In this document: positions 59,351 through 64,000 of the stretch, piece by piece | Position numbering within the stretch: position 1 is the stretch's first letter | How the letters are laid out: every line of letters starts with the position of its first letter | Virus record (IMG/VR): IMGVR_UViG_3300009194_000005 | Location: 52,525-116,524 of that record | Source of the DNA: a virus | Lineage: Duplodnaviria; Caudoviricetes | Reading direction: 5' to 3' (one strand) | DNA: 64,000 nt | Notes under the pieces: model-generated | What the model saw: only the letters and a program-made list of their open reading frames with translations | Told to the model about the DNA's origin: nothing | Database searches by the model: none | Position numbers and translations under genes: made by a program

Positions 59351-59658
59351 CACAGAAAATCCCCTCCTGACTGGAATACCCCCCGAGGGACAAACCGGCA
59401 TTCCGTGATATGAAATGCTATTCCTTCATCTTTAAATTTCTGGTTAAGAAGAGCGAGCATTGCCGACCAATTAAAACAGGCCATTTCATGACCGTGGAAT
59501 TTAGATGCCAGAGAACAAGGGATTTCCACACCCGATTCATCGACCAAGGTAAGGTCATGATTACGGTTATCCACACGGTATTGTGGTGAGTCGGGGATGA
59601 CTCGCAGTCCCGGTATCCAATCAATGCCCCCCACCCACTGGTTATTTGTCATCTTCAT
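59350..59658 (-). CDS. hypothetical protein
   Basis: AGGAGG RBS. Confidence 0.55.
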   Translation of the reverse strand: MKMTNNQWVGGIDWIPGLRVIPDSPQYRVDNRNHDLTLVDESGVEIPCSLASKFHGHEMACFNWSAMLALLNQKFKDEGIAFHITECRFVPRGVFQSGGDFL

Positions 59659-59947
59659 CCTCCTGAGTTTGTTCGTACAACGTTCTATAGTGCCTGACGT
59701 CCGATTTAAGACGCCGGAGTTTTTCCTGGATGTCGTTGAACTCCAAGAGTGTCGGTACACGGCACACCACATCATCCAGTAGATGGGTACTTACTGCCCT
59801 ATTGTGACTCAACACCCATACCCGTCGAACCCCATCCCATCGAGCAATCTGAGGGACGCTATTGCTAATCACGTAATAGTAGGCTTCGTGTTGGAGTTCA
59901 ATGTTGTTCAGTTTGGCCACTAGCGGATCAATCGTTGACAGTTCCAT
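59642..59947 (-). CDS. hypothetical protein
   Basis: Packed ORF. Confidence 0.55.
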   Translation of the reverse strand: MELSTIDPLVAKLNNIELQHEAYYYVISNSVPQIARWDGVRRVWVLSHNRAVSTHLLDDVVCRVPTLLEFNDIQEKLRRLKSDVRHYRTLYEQTQEDEDDK

Positions 59948-59994
59948 GCAATTTCCCCATAAAGGCCCGGGTGTTACCCCGGGCCATTTTAACA

Positions 59995-60933
59995 TTAAAG
60001 AACAATACCATCCCCGGTGAGGTTGTCATCGACATCCACCCGAGTACGACGTTGACGGTACTGGCTGTAGACCTTGTTAAGCTCACCCTGCCGTTCGGTC
60101 AGGTGGGAGAACACGTCCTCCACATCGGCGGTGTTGATGACGTAATGCATCTGGCTGGCAAGATCCATACCGTCGCGTGGATAGCCCACCGTTGCATAGA
60201 GGGGATTACCAAATGCCGTATCCTTGCTCGGATCATTGTAGAGGGAGGCCACAGCAATGGGTTCCACCTGCTTGGCGGCTTCCTGACGGGAGTCGAAGAC
60301 GGCCAGTGAGGACAGCTGCGGTTGGATGCTCGGCGCGACTTTCTGGTATTGAACCCAGTTAGTCAGGTCGGTAGTATCCAGTTCCCGGTTGTTCTGATTG
60401 GTCAACTCACACAGAGCTTCCAGTGCGAACAGTACCTCGTCGTCGATCATCTGGCGGGTCACGCCGGTCGTGTTCTCATGGTACGCCATGACTACCGGTT
60501 GGCCCGTTACCGCAGAAACCGATTCCAACGATTTCAGGGTATTGATGGTGTTGGTAACAGCAATGGCGCTGTCATCCGCTCCCACTACCACCGCGACGAC
60601 CGGAATGGCACGCTCCAGGAGGTTCTTGAGCAGAAGAGGACCGATCACTGACCCACTGCCTCCACTGGCAGAAAACAGCACCAGATTGAAATCACCTGGC
60701 TGGAACCGATCAACCACGGTATCCACTTCACCGATGATGGGTTCGTAGTTTTCCCGCCGGTTCTTGCCGCTTCCATCAATGCCTTTGATGGTGTGAACCG
60801 CTGATTCGTCCACTCGATCGCTAAGGTTGGAGCCTGAGGTATCGATGAAACAGACCTCTGCGGTGGGGTACTGGAGCTGAGACCCCAGGTTGATACCACA
60901 ACCACCTGCTGCGTATACACGTGTCTTCGTCAT
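59995..60933 (-). CDS. phuZ: PhuZ phage tubulin
   Basis: GGCGIN, IDTS, GSGKNR and tubulin signature SGGSGS; acidic C-terminal tail. Confidence 0.92.
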   Translation of the reverse strand: MTKTRVYAAGGCGINLGSQLQYPTAEVCFIDTSGSNLSDRVDESAVHTIKGIDGSGKNRRENYEPIIGEVDTVVDRFQPGDFNLVLFSASGGSGSVIGPLLLKNLLERAIPVVAVVVGADDSAIAVTNTINTLKSLESVSAVTGQPVVMAYHENTTGVTRQMIDDEVLFALEALCELTNQNNRELDTTDLTNWVQYQKVAPSIQPQLSSLAVFDSRQEAAKQVEPIAVASLYNDPSKDTAFGNPLYATVGYPRDGMDLASQMHYVINTADVEDVFSHLTERQGELNKVYSQYRQRRTRVDVDDNLTGDGIVL

Positions 60934-60959
60934 CTTTCTCTCCGTTGGTTAGTTCTTGG

Positions 60960-62210
60960 CTATGAAGCTAACTTCATATTGTCGTGGGTATCGGTACTTT
61001 CTGTTACGAGTTCTCGAAAGGGTTCGAGCAGTTGGTCCATCAGAATAATGGTCGGTTCTACTACTTTCATTACCTCACGTTCAGTCTTTGGATCATGGTA
61101 GTAAGTGAGGGGTTGAGTATCCGTGTACCGAGACCACCACCGCTTAATTTCGGGCGTGTCCTCGCGCTGTGTAAGTGGTAGCGCCCATATAAAACACTCA
61201 TTGAGGATACGGTACACGGCCTGTGCACAAAGGTCCGGCCGACAACGGGCAAGGCCAATTCCGTCTTTTATTAGAGTTTCCGATGTCAACACACTCGCGC
61301 TAACAATGGCGGCCAAAAAGACGGTATCTGGCGCGACCTCCAACAACCATGCCATGCCGTCGACACCCAACAACTGGGTCCAAATCACCAAAGCGTGTTG
61401 CCATAACAGGTCAGGCTCACCCACGATGATCTGGTAGGGATTGGCGTAATGGTAATACCCATCCAGCCATGTATTCCCCAGCGCAGAACACCACTTATGA
61501 GCAAGTCGTTCCCATTCGGCGACCAGACCATACCGTTGGCTAGCAATTAACGCTAGGGTGGATTGGGTGTTATAAAACCCACGTATACCCGACACAACCA
61601 CCAGTTCCTGAAAAGCTGCTGCGTGTATTGTGGGTACCTCTCCCCAACGGAGTGACGCATCGCACCGAAATGTCAAGTGAGGGAGTCGGTGAGGCGTGGG
61701 AAGAAATCCCCCTGTGCAGGGACATCGTCCTATGCTGCTCTTAACATCCCATGGACTGGCCCTGGGATAGAGGATCTCCAATCCGTCATCGGTGATACTA
61801 ATGCGGTATGGCTTCTCATCCAAGACAATTGATGATTCCAGTACGTTATCATCAATCTGGAACCACACCCAACCCACATGACGGAGATAAAGACGGTTAT
61901 GTCCCGGATGGATCACGTGGTAATGGGTGGAAATCGGGGTATTGTCCTCCAGTTCCAGGTCCAACCACCACCGGGTCAGTAGATCGTTTTTAAAGACTGG
62001 CCAATCAATTAAACGGTCGAACCGCTTCTCGTAGAAGTTGGCTAAAACGTCATTGAGGTGGTTGTCTCCATCAGCGAAGGTCTTGATGGAGTTGTCCTCC
62101 AGGGCCTTCCGACATTGACTTTCTAACTCGGTCAGTAAAGCACGGATTCGCTCAAGACGTGCCTCAACATTCTCCCCTTGGGAGATAATGGTGACGGGAA
62201 CGCTACTCAT
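60960..62210 (-). CDS. hypothetical protein
   Basis: 416 aa with GGAGG RBS. Confidence 0.7.
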   Translation of the reverse strand: MSSVPVTIISQGENVEARLERIRALLTELESQCRKALEDNSIKTFADGDNHLNDVLANFYEKRFDRLIDWPVFKNDLLTRWWLDLELEDNTPISTHYHVIHPGHNRLYLRHVGWVWFQIDDNVLESSIVLDEKPYRISITDDGLEILYPRASPWDVKSSIGRCPCTGGFLPTPHRLPHLTFRCDASLRWGEVPTIHAAAFQELVVVSGIRGFYNTQSTLALIASQRYGLVAEWERLAHKWCSALGNTWLDGYYHYANPYQIIVGEPDLLWQHALVIWTQLLGVDGMAWLLEVAPDTVFLAAIVSASVLTSETLIKDGIGLARCRPDLCAQAVYRILNECFIWALPLTQREDTPEIKRWWSRYTDTQPLTYYHDPKTEREVMKVVEPTIILMDQLLEPFRELVTESTDTHDNMKLAS

Positions 62211-62578
62211 GGCGTCCTCCTCTTCGGGTCAGGATGGCAAAAAAGATGGGGGGACTTCGGTCCCCCCGGAGAGTGCAATGAGAACACGGTTTTTACGCTG
62301 CCGTCCCGGAGTGGAGGACGGCCTCTTCTGTCAACGTTTCACAACGGGACATCGGAGTAGGTTGGGGAGGCACCCACAGGATGGAGGCCCAGAGCAGAAG
62401 GAGCTGGGTACCTCCCCAAAACAGGTTGCCGGGACTTAACCCCTTTATCTTCTTTCGAAGTGCTAGACTGCCCGGCGGCATCTAAGAGGGAACCAACGGA
62501 GGAGTAGAGAGAACACGCTGAGGGAGTCCGGAGGAAGGGTACTCAGCACATCATTCTCACCCCCAGTATTTTTATACT

Positions 62579-62770
62579 TCAACCGTGATGACGTAGCCGC
62601 TTGAGGCGTTTTCGTTTACGCCGTTCCTCGGCCAGTGCCAGTCTTCGTTGGGACTCTTCAAACGACCGTTGGTCGCGTTCTTTTGGCACTCGTGTTTTAT
62701 CGGCGGGCATAGGACCAGACGCCATCGCTGCCAGCGCATGGACCAGGTACTCTGTTCCAGGATCTCTCAT
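62579..62770 (-). CDS. small basic hypothetical protein
   Basis: 63 aa; AEERRKRK tail. Confidence 0.5.
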   Translation of the reverse strand: MRDPGTEYLVHALAAMASGPMPADKTRVPKERDQRSFEESQRRLALAEERRKRKRLKRLRHHG

Positions 62771-62893
62771 TATCCATTCTCCGCCGTGTGAGGGTCTTTC
62801 GGGAGCTCCCCTGGGGGTAAGGTCCGCCCACGCTTCCTTGCCGCCTCACGACGCTGCTCACGCGCTCTGAAGCGCGGATTGTGTTTCACCTTG

Positions 62894-63250
62894 TCACGAA
62901 TACTCGGGGGAAGTTGATTCATCGCTATTCTCCTCAGAGACAGGTTGATGACGTTGGGTTTCTGTGCGTAAGATAGAGAGCATTTCGCGCCACCGGCGTC
63001 GTGTTACCCCAGGGGGGAACTCACCCTCCTGAATGAGGTACTCCACTGCTCGACCAATGGTTATAATACCTGCCATCTGTGATCGATCCACTAACGTCTT
63101 ACGGCCCAGGTACACCGCCGTCAATGCACTTGTGGCAACATCAGGGTTGATCCCCATCCGGGAAAGTACAAACCGCTGAAGTTCTATATCGCCATAGATA
63201 TTGTCCTTATCCATAACCTCCTCCTCAGGATGGCATAAACGACATCCCAT
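62894..63250 (-). CDS. hypothetical protein
   Basis: GGAGG RBS suggests the true start is the internal MDKDN. Confidence 0.55.
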   Translation of the reverse strand: MGCRLCHPEEEVMDKDNIYGDIELQRFVLSRMGINPDVATSALTAVYLGRKTLVDRSQMAGIITIGRAVEYLIQEGEFPPGVTRRRWREMLSILRTETQRHQPVSEENSDESTSPEYS

Positions 63251-64000
63251 CAGGATGCCTAATTTGATAAAGCATAAAAATACGGGGAAACTACTATCCT
63301 ACGATGATTACGGGTACTCTCTTCTAGAGTATAATTAAGGGGCCCTCCGGGCCCCGACTTGAAATCGGAACTCGTCGCTATCGCTCCTCGTCTTTATAGC
63401 AAATCATTAAACATCTTCAGTATTTTTAAAATCATTTCCCTAACCAAGCGTTAGGAAGTGTCTCACCTTTGCGTTCGTTCCTCACTTCAAGGTTCAACAC
63501 CGATTCTCGAAATCATCCTTCTTACCCTTTCCTATTCTTCTATCCCATTAAATGATTTCTCAATCGAGGATCGAGAGGCGCCTGTCCCTTCGGGACGCCT
63601 CTCTCCCCGTGAGATCACTGCCCTTACTCCGTAAGGAAAGAATAAGGAGCGACGAGACAAGCTCGTCGGTGTTTAGTAAACACCTGATCCTCCCCCTCAG
63701 TATTCCTTGGGTCTTACATACGGTCGAGAATCGACCAGAAGACCCAAGGAATACTTTCGGGGTAACCCCATTATCTTTATCCTGATAAACCATCACGATA
63801 GGTAGGCTTCGCCCCTATCGGAGTCACTGTCCTTTATCCAACTATCTGACCGCATATGCGGGAAAACGTATATGTCTCCTTATAAGGCGTTCTGAGCGTT
63901 TTTATCGCCTACCCAGTACCTATGGGTATCCCTGGGAGTGAATAACGCTCATACTTCGTCTGTGGTGGACGTAACCTTATCCCCGATGGTTACCTGTGAC

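Overview
This window is part of the conserved core of a phiKZ-like, nucleus-forming jumbo phage (Chimalliviridae). Most genes are on the minus strand, in an order matching phiKZ gp39-gp83 as I recall it: PhuZ tubulin, split family-B DNA polymerase, chimallin, non-virion RNA polymerase subunits, SbcD nuclease, ChmC/PicA-like genes, SF2 helicase and a virion RNAP subunit. These ortholog calls rest on motifs plus synteny, not database searches. Four features stand out. (1) There are two complete, independent diversity-generating retroelements (target-VR / avd / TR / RT), with 11 of 11 and 16 of 16 TR-to-VR differences at template adenines. They diversify two of four paralogous tail-fibre-like C-type-lectin proteins. 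(2) There are five group I introns whose splice sites can be read from the sequence. Three lie in the RNAP beta' N-terminal gene, and two of those split the catalytic NADFDGD motif into NAD | FDG | D around a 9-nt micro-exon. (3) An intron-encoded HNH endonuclease is frameshifted inside a perfect 26-bp palindrome. (4) Two free-standing endonucleases carry multiple GIY-YIG domains, and there are candidate anti-defence genes. No tRNA, rRNA or CRISPR array was seen.
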